DNA from: an uncultured archaeon
GTDB lineage: Archaea; Iainarchaeota; Iainarchaeia; Iainarchaeales; Iainarchaeaceae
Direction: 5' to 3'
Length of the DNA stretch: 54,094 nucleotides
Assembly (NCBI GenBank): GCA_902386385.1
Contig: CABMIU010000025.1
Location: 1-54,094, forward strand
The position numbers and the translations under genes are program-made. The notes under the pieces are model-generated. The model saw nothing but the letters and a program-made list of their open reading frames with translations. It made no database searches and was not told the origin of the DNA. Below are positions 38,274 through 48,232 of this stretch, one piece after another (positions within the stretch are counted from its first letter, which is position 1; each line of letters opens with the position of its first letter).

Positions 38274-38959
38274 TGGCAAAAGAGCATGTTTCAGTAAAGG
38301 GGCTCGCAGTGGAATTTAACGAACGGGTCCTTGAGGATGTGTTCCTGCAAATGAGGAAAGGGGAATTCGTATCAATTGTCGGTAAAAGCGGCTCAGGAAA
38401 AACGACTTTCCTTAACGCGCTCGCAGGATTGGTTCCTGTAAAAGGTGAAATAAGGAGGCCTAAACAACTGGCAATGGTTTTCCAGAACTACTCGCTTTTC
38501 CCGTGGATGAATATAAAAGAAAATATAGCATTCGGGCTGAAAGAAAATGATGAAAAAAAAGCGCAGGAAATAATTGAGAAAATAGGCCTGTGTGGGAAGG
38601 AATATTTTTACCCGAAGCAGCTTTCAGGCGGGCAGCAGCAAAGAGTCGCAATAGGGAGGGCAATTGCTGCAAAACCGGAGCTGATTCTGCTTGACGAGCC
38701 ATTTGCAAACCTCGACAGCTTCTCAAGGATGCAGATGCAGGACTGGCTGAACGGAATCGCGAATGAAAGCAAAACCACGACAATACTCGTGACTCATGAT
38801 GTTGACGAGGCAATACTGCTGAGCGACAGGGTGTTCGTTCTGAAAGACAAATCCCTACAGCAGGAATTCACAATCCCATTCACAAAGCCAAGGAAAAATG
38901 AGATAAGATACGACCAGCTTTTCCAGGAACTGAAAAAAGAAATAATAAAGTCCATTTGA
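38273..38959 (+). CDS. ABC transporter ATPase (SsuB/TauB type)
   Basis: GKSGSGKT, LSGGQQQR, LLDEPF and VTHD motifs. Confidence 0.93.
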   Translation: MAKEHVSVKGLAVEFNERVLEDVFLQMRKGEFVSIVGKSGSGKTTFLNALAGLVPVKGEIRRPKQLAMVFQNYSLFPWMNIKENIAFGLKENDEKKAQEIIEKIGLCGKEYFYPKQLSGGQQQRVAIGRAIAAKPELILLDEPFANLDSFSRMQMQDWLNGIANESKTTTILVTHDVDEAILLSDRVFVLKDKSLQQEFTIPFTKPRKNEIRYDQLFQELKKEIIKSI

Positions 38960-38975
38960 AAATGCATTGCCAAAA

Positions 38976-39422
38976 TTACTTCCTGATGTCCTCTAAAGAA
39001 ATGTCTTCCACGCACTCCATAATCTCAAGCACCTTTATTTTCATGAGGTGCCGCGGGTCCCCTCCTCCGCATACCACTTCATCCTTCTCCGAAACAGCCT
39101 TGTCCATTATTGTCTTGATACCGTAAATTGAAATCGGGGGCACGCCGCCGATTTCATAACCGGTGATTTCAATAACTTCCTTGGGCTGGCAGAGGCGCAC
39201 ATCCGCAACACCGAGGATTTTTTTTATTTTCGCGAAGTCGGCCCTGTCCTTGCCGAGCATGATTACGAGCAGGGGGCTTTGGTTCGAGTCAATTAGCACA
39301 ATTGATTTTGCCACTGCTTCCTCGTCCCCAGTGAATTTCATGGCCTTTGCAGCTGTGTGGGCATCATCACAGGGGAAAATAGTCGCGGAAAGCCTGTTGA
39401 CCTTGATAAAGTCATCGAGCAT
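38976..39422 (-). CDS. YbaK/EbsC aminoacyl-tRNA deacylase family protein
   Basis: VAKSIV, TGYEIGGVPP and CGGG motifs. Confidence 0.9.
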   Translation of the reverse strand: MLDDFIKVNRLSATIFPCDDAHTAAKAMKFTGDEEAVAKSIVLIDSNQSPLLVIMLGKDRADFAKIKKILGVADVRLCQPKEVIEITGYEIGGVPPISIYGIKTIMDKAVSEKDEVVCGGGDPRHLMKIKVLEIMECVEDISLEDIRK

Positions 39423-39493
39423 GGAAAAAAGCCCCAGAAAACCAATTTTGACCTGTGTGTTGAAACCATGGCTTTGGCCTTAATCCGGGTTTT

Positions 39494-39850
39494 TTACCCT
39501 ACCATTTTTCCCGGGTGGTTTTCCCTCGCGAAAGCCTCTTCCGCACTGCCGGGCTTCCTCTTCTGGCCGAGGTAATCCTTCATCTTCTGCCAGAGCTTTT
39601 TGCCCTTCGCCTCGCTAAGGATTGCGGAAACCTCGTGCTTCGGAACCGGGGCGCCGCCTACTGCCACGGGCGAGTAATCAACAATAACAATGTCATTCGG
39701 CTTTACGGCTTTTGCTATTTCAGGCGAAACCGAGAAAATAATCATGTTCTCGTCCCACATCTCGACCAGCGCATGCGTCGAGGCAGAGCTGAACTTCGAG
39801 CCTTTCTCCTCCGGAGACATTACTTCAAGAACCTTTGCGACATGATACAA
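39494..39850 (-). CDS. Hypothetical protein (beta-rich N-terminus)
   Basis: 118-aa ORF with host-like codon usage, co-directional with ybaK. Confidence 0.7.
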   Translation of the reverse strand: MYHVAKVLEVMSPEEKGSKFSSASTHALVEMWDENMIIFSVSPEIAKAVKPNDIVIVDYSPVAVGGAPVPKHEVSAILSEAKGKKLWQKMKDYLGQKRKPGSAEEAFARENHPGKMVG

Positions 39851-39950
39851 GCGACCACCGACAATAGATGTAAACCGACATTAATTTATTATAGAAAGTC
39901 AGCCAAGCCTGAAGCCACACAAAAATTATTTTGGGCGCAGCATGAAAAAT

Positions 39951-40334
39951 TTAATGCCTCACCTTCAGTTTTTCTTTGGCAACCCTAACCAGCCTTTCCA
40001 TCTCTGCCAAACGTGCATGCGCTTCTACAAGCTCTACAAGATGGCCTACAGTATAAGTCTCAACCGATTCAAGTTGGCTAATTCTTTCCTGAATCTGCTT
40101 AATCATGCGCTCCCCGGCATAGTGCCGCAAGCCCAAAGGAGCCTTTTCATAAAGCACTCTCATCTTGTCAAATTCAACTGTTTTTCTGCTCATGAGCGCG
40201 TCAATTTCTGAAAAAAAATTTGGGGCGTCTTTAGGCGCCAAATGCACGAGCTTTTTTCTGCCCCTTGACAAAGCCAAAACAGCGGCCCTGTGCGGAAGGC
40301 CCCTTTTGCGCAGAGTATGTTTTATTCTTGCCAT
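39951..40334 (-). CDS. Basic hypothetical protein
   Basis: ORF from MARIKHTLRKR with a helical C-terminus. Confidence 0.5.
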   Translation of the reverse strand: MARIKHTLRKRGLPHRAAVLALSRGRKKLVHLAPKDAPNFFSEIDALMSRKTVEFDKMRVLYEKAPLGLRHYAGERMIKQIQERISQLESVETYTVGHLVELVEAHARLAEMERLVRVAKEKLKVRH

Positions 40335-40470
40335 GATTCTCAAGTAACTTGGCTTCAAGAAAACACCATTTAGATTAGGCAAAACTAGTATATAATCAAT
40401 ACTCAATTCTGAGCATCGCGGACTAAAGCCCGCGGGACAGGAGATTTAAAAAAAAATGAAAAAGAAGCGG

Positions 40471-41646
40471 CTACTTCAAGCCGGCTTCCTTCGCTGCCTT
40501 TTTCAGTTCCTCGGCCTTGTCGGCCTTTTCCCATGTGAAGTCTGGGTCATCCCTCCCGAAGTGGCCATAGGAAGCGGTTTTCCTGAAGATAGGCCTCTTG
40601 AGATTCAGGTGCTTTATTATCTGGCTGGGCCTGAAGTCAAATACCCTCTGAACGATTTCCTCTAGCTTCTCGTCAGGCAATTTCCCCGTTCCGAAGGTGT
40701 TCACATAAACCGAAACAGGCTTCGAGATTCCGATTGCATAGGCGACCTGTATCTCGCACCGGTCAGCGAGCCCTGCTGCCACGATGTTCTTTGCGACGTA
40801 GCGCCCGAAGTATGCGGCGCTCCTGTCAACCTTGCTCGGGTCCTTCCCTGAAAAGGATCCCCCGCCGTGGTGCCCCACGCCCCCATAGGTGTCAACGATT
40901 ATTTTCCTTCCAGTGAGGCCTGAATCGCCCACAGGGCCGCCGATGACGAACCTTCCTGTCGGGTTAATGAAATATTTTGTGCCCTTGTCGAGCCACTTGC
41001 CGCAGACAGGCTTGACTATTTTTTCAATCACGGTTTTCTCAATCTCATCATGCTCAACTTCAGGGCCGTGCTGTGTGCTTATCACGACCGCATCAACCCT
41101 CTTCGGGACGCCGTCAGCGTATTCAACAGTAACCTGGCTCTTGCCGTCAGGCCTGAGCCACTTGATTTCGCCCTTCTTCCTGGCTTCCGCGAGCCTCATC
41201 GTGAGCCTGTGCGCGAGAGTTATTGAAAGGGGCATCATTTCAGGGGTTTCGTTTGTAGCGTAGCCGAACATCATTCCCTGGTCTCCGGCCCCCTGCTCCT
41301 TGTCGATGCCGGAGCCTTCGTTCACGCCTAGAGCGATGTCGCCACTCTGCTCCGAAAGCGAAATCAGCACCGAGCAGGCGTCCGCATCAAAGCCGTACTC
41401 AGGGTTCGCATACCCTATTTCCCTCACTGTTTCCCTCACCGTTTTCTGGATGTCGACGTAAGTCTTTGTCGTCACCTCGCCTATCACAAGTATAAGGCCT
41501 GTTTTTGTCGAGCACTCGACGGCAACCCTCGAATTCGGGTCGCCTTCAAGCATCTTGTCGAGTATTGCGTCAGCCACCTGGTCACACAACTTGTCGGGAT
41601 GCCCTTCAGTTACTGATTCAGACGTGAAAAAATACTTCCTTGCCAT
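40471..41646 (-). CDS. metK: S-adenosylmethionine synthetase, bacterial/eukaryal type
   Basis: [40 protein letters not shown] and [11 protein letters not shown] motifs. Confidence 0.97.
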   Translation of the reverse strand: MARKYFFTSESVTEGHPDKLCDQVADAILDKMLEGDPNSRVAVECSTKTGLILVIGEVTTKTYVDIQKTVRETVREIGYANPEYGFDADACSVLISLSEQSGDIALGVNEGSGIDKEQGAGDQGMMFGYATNETPEMMPLSITLAHRLTMRLAEARKKGEIKWLRPDGKSQVTVEYADGVPKRVDAVVISTQHGPEVEHDEIEKTVIEKIVKPVCGKWLDKGTKYFINPTGRFVIGGPVGDSGLTGRKIIVDTYGGVGHHGGGSFSGKDPSKVDRSAAYFGRYVAKNIVAAGLADRCEIQVAYAIGISKPVSVYVNTFGTGKLPDEKLEEIVQRVFDFRPSQIIKHLNLKRPIFRKTASYGHFGRDDPDFTWEKADKAEELKKAAKEAGLK

Positions 41647-41812
41647 GAACAATACCTCCGAAAAAACTGCTTTCTATAAAGCAAGGCGGAAAGGTTAATA
41701 ATAATTACTGCTTTATATATTCCTATAAGAATATAGCGATTCCGGCTGCATGGATTCTGGCTGCAAAACTGCCAATGCCGGAAAAAGCCAACTCAAAAAA
41801 AAGGTGATGGCA

Positions 41813-42394
41813 ATGCTCCCTGAGCTTTCAGAGATCCCGGTGAAGAGGCGGCGACTCGGCCTAACGCAGGCGCAGCTCTCGGAAAAGGCAGGGGTGAGCC
41901 AGTCCCTCATAGCGAAGATTGAAGGCGGGAAAGCCATGCCTTCATATGACAACGCGAAGAGGATTTTCGGCTTCTTCGAGGCTGCGAGCATGCAGAGCCT
42001 GCTTAAGGCGAGCGATTTCATGACCTCAAAAGTCATTTTCATAGGGCCGGACATGACCCTGAAGGAAGCGGCGCGCTGCATGAAGAAGGCCTCTGTCTCA
42101 CAGCTGCCTGTGTTAGAGGACGGCAGGAATGTCGGCACGATCTCCGAAAAAATCGTCCTGGATGCGCTGAACAGCGCAAAGGACATGAAGGACGTGAAGG
42201 AAATCAAGGTCAGCGAAGTTATGGCAGAGGCAATGCCCGTTGTAAGGGAAGACACGCCTTTCAAGGCAGTGAGCGCCCTGCTTGAGCTGAATTCCGGAGT
42301 CCTCGTGGCGAGGAAGGGAAAAACCGCCGGGATAATCACTAAGGCGGACCTGCTCAACGCAGTGCTCGAGAAGGGCAATGAAACAAAAGCCTGA
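41813..42394 (+). CDS. XRE-HTH plus CBS-pair transcriptional regulator
   Basis: LTQAQLSEKAGVSQSLIAKIE HTH; SQLPV and GIITKADLL CBS motifs. Confidence 0.9.
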   Translation: MLPELSEIPVKRRRLGLTQAQLSEKAGVSQSLIAKIEGGKAMPSYDNAKRIFGFFEAASMQSLLKASDFMTSKVIFIGPDMTLKEAARCMKKASVSQLPVLEDGRNVGTISEKIVLDALNSAKDMKDVKEIKVSEVMAEAMPVVREDTPFKAVSALLELNSGVLVARKGKTAGIITKADLLNAVLEKGNETKA

Positions 42395-42557
42395 TTTTCG
42401 CCCAAAAAAGCCTACAATAAAACCACTTATTTTGCCTATTTGACACAGTTTAAGCCACTTTAAGCCGAAAATGACTCTTAGCTCGCCGAAACAATACTAT
42501 TAAATATTCTGAATGTCACTATATAATAGTAATGAATTAATTTTGGGGGTTGCTTTA

Positions 42558-45197
42558 ATGTCTTCCAGTTTTTTGTATAAGGGATTGCTTTCGGGCAAGG
42601 CTTTTTCAGTGGCATTGATTGCCTTTTTCATGGCTTTTTTCTGCTTCCCTGTTTTTGGGGATAGCCCTGCATTCAGCACAATACCGGAGTTGAGAGTAAG
42701 CCAGACTGCTGGCCCGACAATCAACGCGGTTGACCTCTGGCAATATGCCTCTGATGCCGAAGACACGGATGCAAACCTCACTTTTTCCATGAGCCAGAGC
42801 GACAGCACCCTGATTAATTGCTATATCCAGAATGATGCATCTTCAAAAAATCGCTACATAGGATGCTCCAGCCCTTCACCCGGCAGGACAGGCATAAACA
42901 CGATTACCGCCAGGGCAATTGACACAAACGGGCAAAGCGCAACTGCAACTTTCAATGCCGTGATTTTCGCTGACGTGAACCCGAACACTAGCCCTGCAAT
43001 TTCAGGCCTGCCGGACCTCGCATTCCGGGATGATGTGGGAACACAGGCAAGACTTATCGACCTTCACAATTATGCAAGCGATTCCCAGTCGCCAAAGGAG
43101 CAGCTAACCTTCACCAGGGCACAGTCAAACCCCGGACTCATAAATTGCTTCATTGAAGGCGGCCGCTATTTCAGCTGCGATGCCCCGCAAAGGAACGGAA
43201 GCGGGACAAGCACAATAACGATAGAAGCAAGGGACCCGCAGGGAGCGACAGCAAGCGACTCATTCACGGTGACAATCTACAGGAGCGGGCACTACGGCGA
43301 TTATTACAATGGAGATTACTACGACAACCACTATTACGATGATTATTACGGGAATGGCAGTGCGCCTTCGCTCAGCGGCCTGCCGGATATAAGCATCGGC
43401 ATGAACGCGAGATACAGGTCAGGACTAATCGACCTCTGGGCAAATGCATACGACAGCGAGGACAACCCGGAAGACCTGCGGTACACTGTTGAAAGCCAGT
43501 CTAACACCTCGCTCATTTTCTGCAGGATAACTGACAACCGCTACTTCGAGTGCGAAGCCCCTGCAAGGGACCGCGAAGGCATCAGCGAAGTCACGATAAT
43601 GGCCAGGGACAGGAGCAACCGGACAGATTCCGAAACAATAGAAGTGCGCGTGGGCGACAACGGCGGAAATTACGGAAGCTGCGCGAATCTGGACGTGTCA
43701 ACAAGGACAATATACATGTCAGGCAACGAAACAAAGAGGGTTTCATTCGACGTACACAACAACGCCAGAAGGGACATGAGGATACGCAACGTCGAAGTTT
43801 CGGGGGACAACAGCCCTTATTTCAGTGCAAGGCTGGTTGACTATGACTCATATATAAATTCAGGGAGCTATGGCAACATTGAAATGGAACTCAGCTCAAA
43901 CAATTACAGCGGCTATCGCGAGGCGACTGTTTACATCGATATAAGCGGAGAAAGCGCGAGCACGAGCGGCTCATATTACAATGATTACTACAATGACTAT
44001 GGCCATTACAACGGAAGCTACTGCAGCAACGGCACGAGGACGGAATCGTTCAAAGTAGTGATTTCCGGATACAGCTCAGGCTCTTACGGCACATGCGGCG
44101 AAACAAGGCTCAGCGCATCAGACATCGAAGTGCCTGAAAAATCGAGGCAGGAACAGCGCGTCACGATAAGGAACAACAGCTACCGCGATTTCCAGGTTGA
44201 CACAGTCATAGTGAACGAGTCCAACATATATTTCAGCGCCTCGGTCGACAGCAGGCCTTCAGTCGTCCCCGCCAACGGCAGTGCCGACATAATCCTTTCA
44301 ATAAATTCAGATGCAGTTAGCGGCAACAAAAGCGGCAATGTAAACGTGAGCGTTGCGGGAAGGTACAGCAACGGCAATTACTGCTCAACCGCAGCGATAT
44401 ACCGCGACTTCAAAGTGACGGTGAAAGACACCTCTGCAGGCTACGGAAGCGGTTACGGGACAGGAAACGATGGCCAGGCTGCGGAAGACATAGACATTTC
44501 ATTCTCCGATTCATTTGTACAACTCGAGCAGGGCCAGTCAAAGAACGTGAAGGCGGCAATAACAAACAACACTTACTCCAGGAAATGTATCGGCCTCGAA
44601 GTGACGGGCGGCAGGGCATTCGATGCAAGCATTTCAAAAACCAATGCCTGCATTGACGCAGGCACAAGCATGGATGCCACAATCACGATAAAGGCAAATA
44701 CCCCTGGCTCAGGAAGCGCAGAACTGAAGGCAGCCTACGGAAACGCCTCGAAATCTAAATTCATTTCGGTAGAGGTCAGGGAAAGCCAGGCAAAGCTGGA
44801 TTTCGCGGTAACCTCAAAGGAATCGCAGGAAGGGAAGGCAACCCTCATCGTGGAGAACACCGGAAGCGACCTTACAAACGCGAAAATAACGGTTGAAAGC
44901 CCGGACAGCAGGGTGCAGTTTGAAGACGTTATAAAAGGATTCTGGAAGAATGGCGAGCAGGTCACTATAGAGGGAAAGGCATACGGCAACGCAATTGTAA
45001 CAGGCAATGTGAAAGTCTCAAGCGCCCTTGGCGACAAATCCGCCCCGTTCGAGCTTGAAATCAAGGGACAGGGCCAGGACATTAATGCGGGCCAGACAGG
45101 CCTTGCCGGCCTCGCAACAACAGCGGCAATGGCTGTTGCCCTTGTCGCAATACTCGGCCTCGCAGTAGTCGGCATAATGTCAATCATAGGCAGATAG
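42558..45197 (+). CDS. Large surface protein with three cadherin/Ig-like repeats and Tyr/Asp-rich linkers
   Basis: Signal peptide; three repeats of P..SGLPD...IDL..YA.D...LINC...RY..C..P; C-terminal TM helix. Confidence 0.85.
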   Translation: MSSSFLYKGLLSGKAFSVALIAFFMAFFCFPVFGDSPAFSTIPELRVSQTAGPTINAVDLWQYASDAEDTDANLTFSMSQSDSTLINCYIQNDASSKNRYIGCSSPSPGRTGINTITARAIDTNGQSATATFNAVIFADVNPNTSPAISGLPDLAFRDDVGTQARLIDLHNYASDSQSPKEQLTFTRAQSNPGLINCFIEGGRYFSCDAPQRNGSGTSTITIEARDPQGATASDSFTVTIYRSGHYGDYYNGDYYDNHYYDDYYGNGSAPSLSGLPDISIGMNARYRSGLIDLWANAYDSEDNPEDLRYTVESQSNTSLIFCRITDNRYFECEAPARDREGISEVTIMARDRSNRTDSETIEVRVGDNGGNYGSCANLDVSTRTIYMSGNETKRVSFDVHNNARRDMRIRNVEVSGDNSPYFSARLVDYDSYINSGSYGNIEMELSSNNYSGYREATVYIDISGESASTSGSYYNDYYNDYGHYNGSYCSNGTRTESFKVVISGYSSGSYGTCGETRLSASDIEVPEKSRQEQRVTIRNNSYRDFQVDTVIVNESNIYFSASVDSRPSVVPANGSADIILSINSDAVSGNKSGNVNVSVAGRYSNGNYCSTAAIYRDFKVTVKDTSAGYGSGYGTGNDGQAAEDIDISFSDSFVQLEQGQSKNVKAAITNNTYSRKCIGLEVTGGRAFDASISKTNACIDAGTSMDATITIKANTPGSGSAELKAAYGNASKSKFISVEVRESQAKLDFAVTSKESQEGKATLIVENTGSDLTNAKITVESPDSRVQFEDVIKGFWKNGEQVTIEGKAYGNAIVTGNVKVSSALGDKSAPFELEIKGQGQDINAGQTGLAGLATTAAMAVALVAILGLAVVGIMSIIGR

Positions 45198-45269
45198 GGG
45201 CAGTAAAAGCATGGAGCCTGAACCGGAAAAACCGGCAAACCCACCTCCAAGGCCTGAAGCGAAAAAAAT

Positions 45270-46133
45270 GTGAAGCATATGCAACCGAAAATGAAAACAT
45301 GGATGGCAGTAATATTCGCGGCCCTGATGCCGTGCCTTGCATCGGCATTCGTGGAAGGGCAGTCATACATCAGCATAGGCGAGACGCCTTATGATTACGC
45401 ATTCACTGTCGAAAACGCCTCAAGCCAGAAGAAAGCGCTGGAGGTTTCATTCTCAATGCCCGTAAAATACGAGGCCAATGATGTGCCACAGTGGGTAATG
45501 CCGGATTCAAAGGAAGAAGTCAAAATCCGCATTTTCCCTGAAACCGGCTTTGAAGGCACAACCTACGCCGCAAAAATCAGCATAAGCCTCGGCGGGGATG
45601 TTGCAGAGAAAACACTCAACATCACTTTTGCAAATGAGAACGGCTGTCCCGTCACCGCGAAAATAACCGGCACGACAAGCGGCAATAACGGCAAAAATAC
45701 AGCATCATTTGAATTCATGAACAAGTCATACAAGCCAAAAGAAGTCAAAATATCCGGTGTCGCGGCAGGCGGCTTCGAGACCACCGGAGCACAGGAAAAA
45801 CTAGCCCTCGGGCCTTTCGAAACAAGGCCTTTCGAGGCAATACTTGAAGGCGACAAAAGCTATGAAGGCATGGCTGAATTCACCCTTGAATGCGCGGGCT
45901 CTGCCGAAAAGGCGAAGGCGATTGGGAAGGTCAAGCTCGAAGGCAAAGCGGGCTTCATTGCAAGCGGGCTTGCATTGCTCTCCGGGATAGGCAACGCGTC
46001 AGGCGGGGCCGCAAAAGGAAATCCAGGGCTTGTCGAAACCACGGTTGACGTTTTCCTCGCCGCAATTGCGGCAATACTTCTCATAGCGTTCATAGCAAGG
46101 CTGGTTAAGTTCACGAAAAAAGGGGTGCAGTGA
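45270..46133 (+). CDS. Surface protein (Ig-like) with C-terminal TM anchor
   Basis: Signal peptide, beta-rich body, TM helix and basic tail. Confidence 0.8.
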   Translation: MKHMQPKMKTWMAVIFAALMPCLASAFVEGQSYISIGETPYDYAFTVENASSQKKALEVSFSMPVKYEANDVPQWVMPDSKEEVKIRIFPETGFEGTTYAAKISISLGGDVAEKTLNITFANENGCPVTAKITGTTSGNNGKNTASFEFMNKSYKPKEVKISGVAAGGFETTGAQEKLALGPFETRPFEAILEGDKSYEGMAEFTLECAGSAEKAKAIGKVKLEGKAGFIASGLALLSGIGNASGGAAKGNPGLVETTVDVFLAAIAAILLIAFIARLVKFTKKGVQ

Positions 46134-48085
46134 TGCAGGGCGAAACCAACAAGAATGCGAATGGAAACCGGCCGCACAAAGGCGGAAAAGGCAGTGCGGC
46201 AGGCAAAGGCAAATACGCGGGCATCGCGAGCAGGGCAGGCAACGCAATATTGAAATTTTTCGCCCCTATGCTCATTGCATTCATCCTTCTGGCAGTACTC
46301 CCCGGCTCGGCTTCCGCGGAAATTTCCAACGCCGACGTGAATTTTTCCGCAGGAACTGATTTCCTGTCCCTCGAGCCAGGGCAGGACACTGGCGTTATGC
46401 TTTCAATCAGCAACAACACCTTTGACAGGCATTGCTACCGCATAGAGGCAAGCCTCGGCGGCAATGATGCGAAACAAAGCATCGAAATGAGCAGGCCTGG
46501 GCCATTCTGCCTGAATGGAAAGGAGACAACAAGGTTCAGCGTAATTGCAACAGCGAAAAGGGACGCCTTCTTCGGCAATTACACTATAAGCCTTGCCCTT
46601 GAAAGCGATAACGGCAGCACGCTTGCATCGGAAACAATTGCAGCCACAATCGACAGCCCCGCAACACCGATAGAAATCGAGAGGGGCGGCCAATATTACA
46701 TCTGCAATGAGCCCTATACAAAGGAAGTGCCTGTAATCGTTTACAATGGCTCTTCAGGCCAGATTGACGTGTCAAAACTCACGGCTGAAAACAGCGCCCT
46801 GATGCCTGAATTCGAGGATGCTGGAACAACTATTCCGGCAAATTCCTCAAAGGAACTCACAATGAAGATACATTTGAACGATACGACGCCCGCGGGCGAC
46901 TACCGGATCTCTGTTTCCGCTTTTTCGCAGGGCAGGGAAACGAAATCTGAAATAACACTTGGGCTGCAGGACTGCCTCGAAAGCTCATACCGCATTTCCG
47001 TAACCCCGGAAAAAAGGCAGATGAAGAGGGGCGAGTCAAGGGAATACAATATAAGGGTTTACAATGAAACAGACAAGGAGCAGGAAATCCTGCTCGGGGC
47101 CGAAGGGCCAGCAGGAATAAATGCTGAGCTTGGCTCCGAAAGGCTTTTCATTGCGCCGAATGGCGCCAGGGAAACGACCCTCACCGTGACCGCATCAGAC
47201 AACGCGGAATTCGGGAAACAGGAAATAACCCTGATTGCTTCAGGCCGGAAAGGGGAGAAAACCAAAAAAATAAATGTTGAAATAACGAGGGAACATGTGC
47301 TGAGCCTTTACGCAAAGGACAACAGTTTTGACCTCAGGCAGTGCTCTGTTTCCGCGAGCGAAGCATTCGAAGTCGAAATAAGCAACAGCGGCGGATACAC
47401 CGAAACAGTGTACTTCAGCACGGACAACCCAGACCCGAAGATAAACGCAAGGCTTTCGGACAGCACAATGACCCTCCTGAAAGGAGAGACGAAAAAAATC
47501 TATGTTTTCGTCGTGCCGGGCCAGGAGGCAAAAATCGGGACTCATTATGTAACGCTGGTCGCTAAGGCTTCCGGGGAAGAGGAAAGGCTGGACCTCAAGT
47601 TCAGGGTCATAGCCGCCCAAGTCCCAGGCATTATTGAAATCACTTCATACCCAAAGGAAATTTCCGTTGATGCCGGCACCGACAAGCAAATCATGTTCAC
47701 CATTGCAAACAGGGGAAGCGAAAAGCTGCAGAACGTCAGGCTGAAAATGAAAGGAGCGGGAAACGGCATTTATTTCTTCCCGAACGACGGCATTTCAATC
47801 GAGGCGGGGCAGAGCGCAGAGATAAGGGCAAAAGTGCATGCTGTCGATACAAATGAAAACTCCACGAGCTTTGCATCGGTCGAGGCAACTTCCGGCGATG
47901 CAAAGGACTCAAAGGGCGTGACAATGAAAACAATCGGCACGGGCCAGTCGGGCGCCCAGCCTGGAAACGGCAGCCTGATAACTGGTCTCCTTAACCTCAC
48001 AGGCTCATCGCTCACTGCAGTAGCAATTATAATTGTTCTCGCAACAGCATTATTCGTGGCTTACGTTGCGGGAACCAGGAAATAG
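46130..48085 (+). CDS. Multi-Ig (NEW3/CARDB-like) surface protein
   Basis: Signal peptide, repeated I.N.G...L..GE beta-sandwich units, C-terminal TM helix. Confidence 0.82.
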   Translation: MMQGETNKNANGNRPHKGGKGSAAGKGKYAGIASRAGNAILKFFAPMLIAFILLAVLPGSASAEISNADVNFSAGTDFLSLEPGQDTGVMLSISNNTFDRHCYRIEASLGGNDAKQSIEMSRPGPFCLNGKETTRFSVIATAKRDAFFGNYTISLALESDNGSTLASETIAATIDSPATPIEIERGGQYYICNEPYTKEVPVIVYNGSSGQIDVSKLTAENSALMPEFEDAGTTIPANSSKELTMKIHLNDTTPAGDYRISVSAFSQGRETKSEITLGLQDCLESSYRISVTPEKRQMKRGESREYNIRVYNETDKEQEILLGAEGPAGINAELGSERLFIAPNGARETTLTVTASDNAEFGKQEITLIASGRKGEKTKKINVEITREHVLSLYAKDNSFDLRQCSVSASEAFEVEISNSGGYTETVYFSTDNPDPKINARLSDSTMTLLKGETKKIYVFVVPGQEAKIGTHYVTLVAKASGEEERLDLKFRVIAAQVPGIIEITSYPKEISVDAGTDKQIMFTIANRGSEKLQNVRLKMKGAGNGIYFFPNDGISIEAGQSAEIRAKVHAVDTNENSTSFASVEATSGDAKDSKGVTMKTIGTGQSGAQPGNGSLITGLLNLTGSSLTAVAIIIVLATALFVAYVAGTRK

Positions 48086-48232
48086 CCGGAAATGAGGCAT
48101 CACAAATACAAAAAAATCCAAGGCCGTTAGCCAAGACGCCAAGGCAAATTGAAATAATGCAGATATGCAACCAATACAAAGTCCAATATAGAGAATCAAT
48201 GCCAAGGGCAACAGGAAGGGGGGTGTGGGAAA

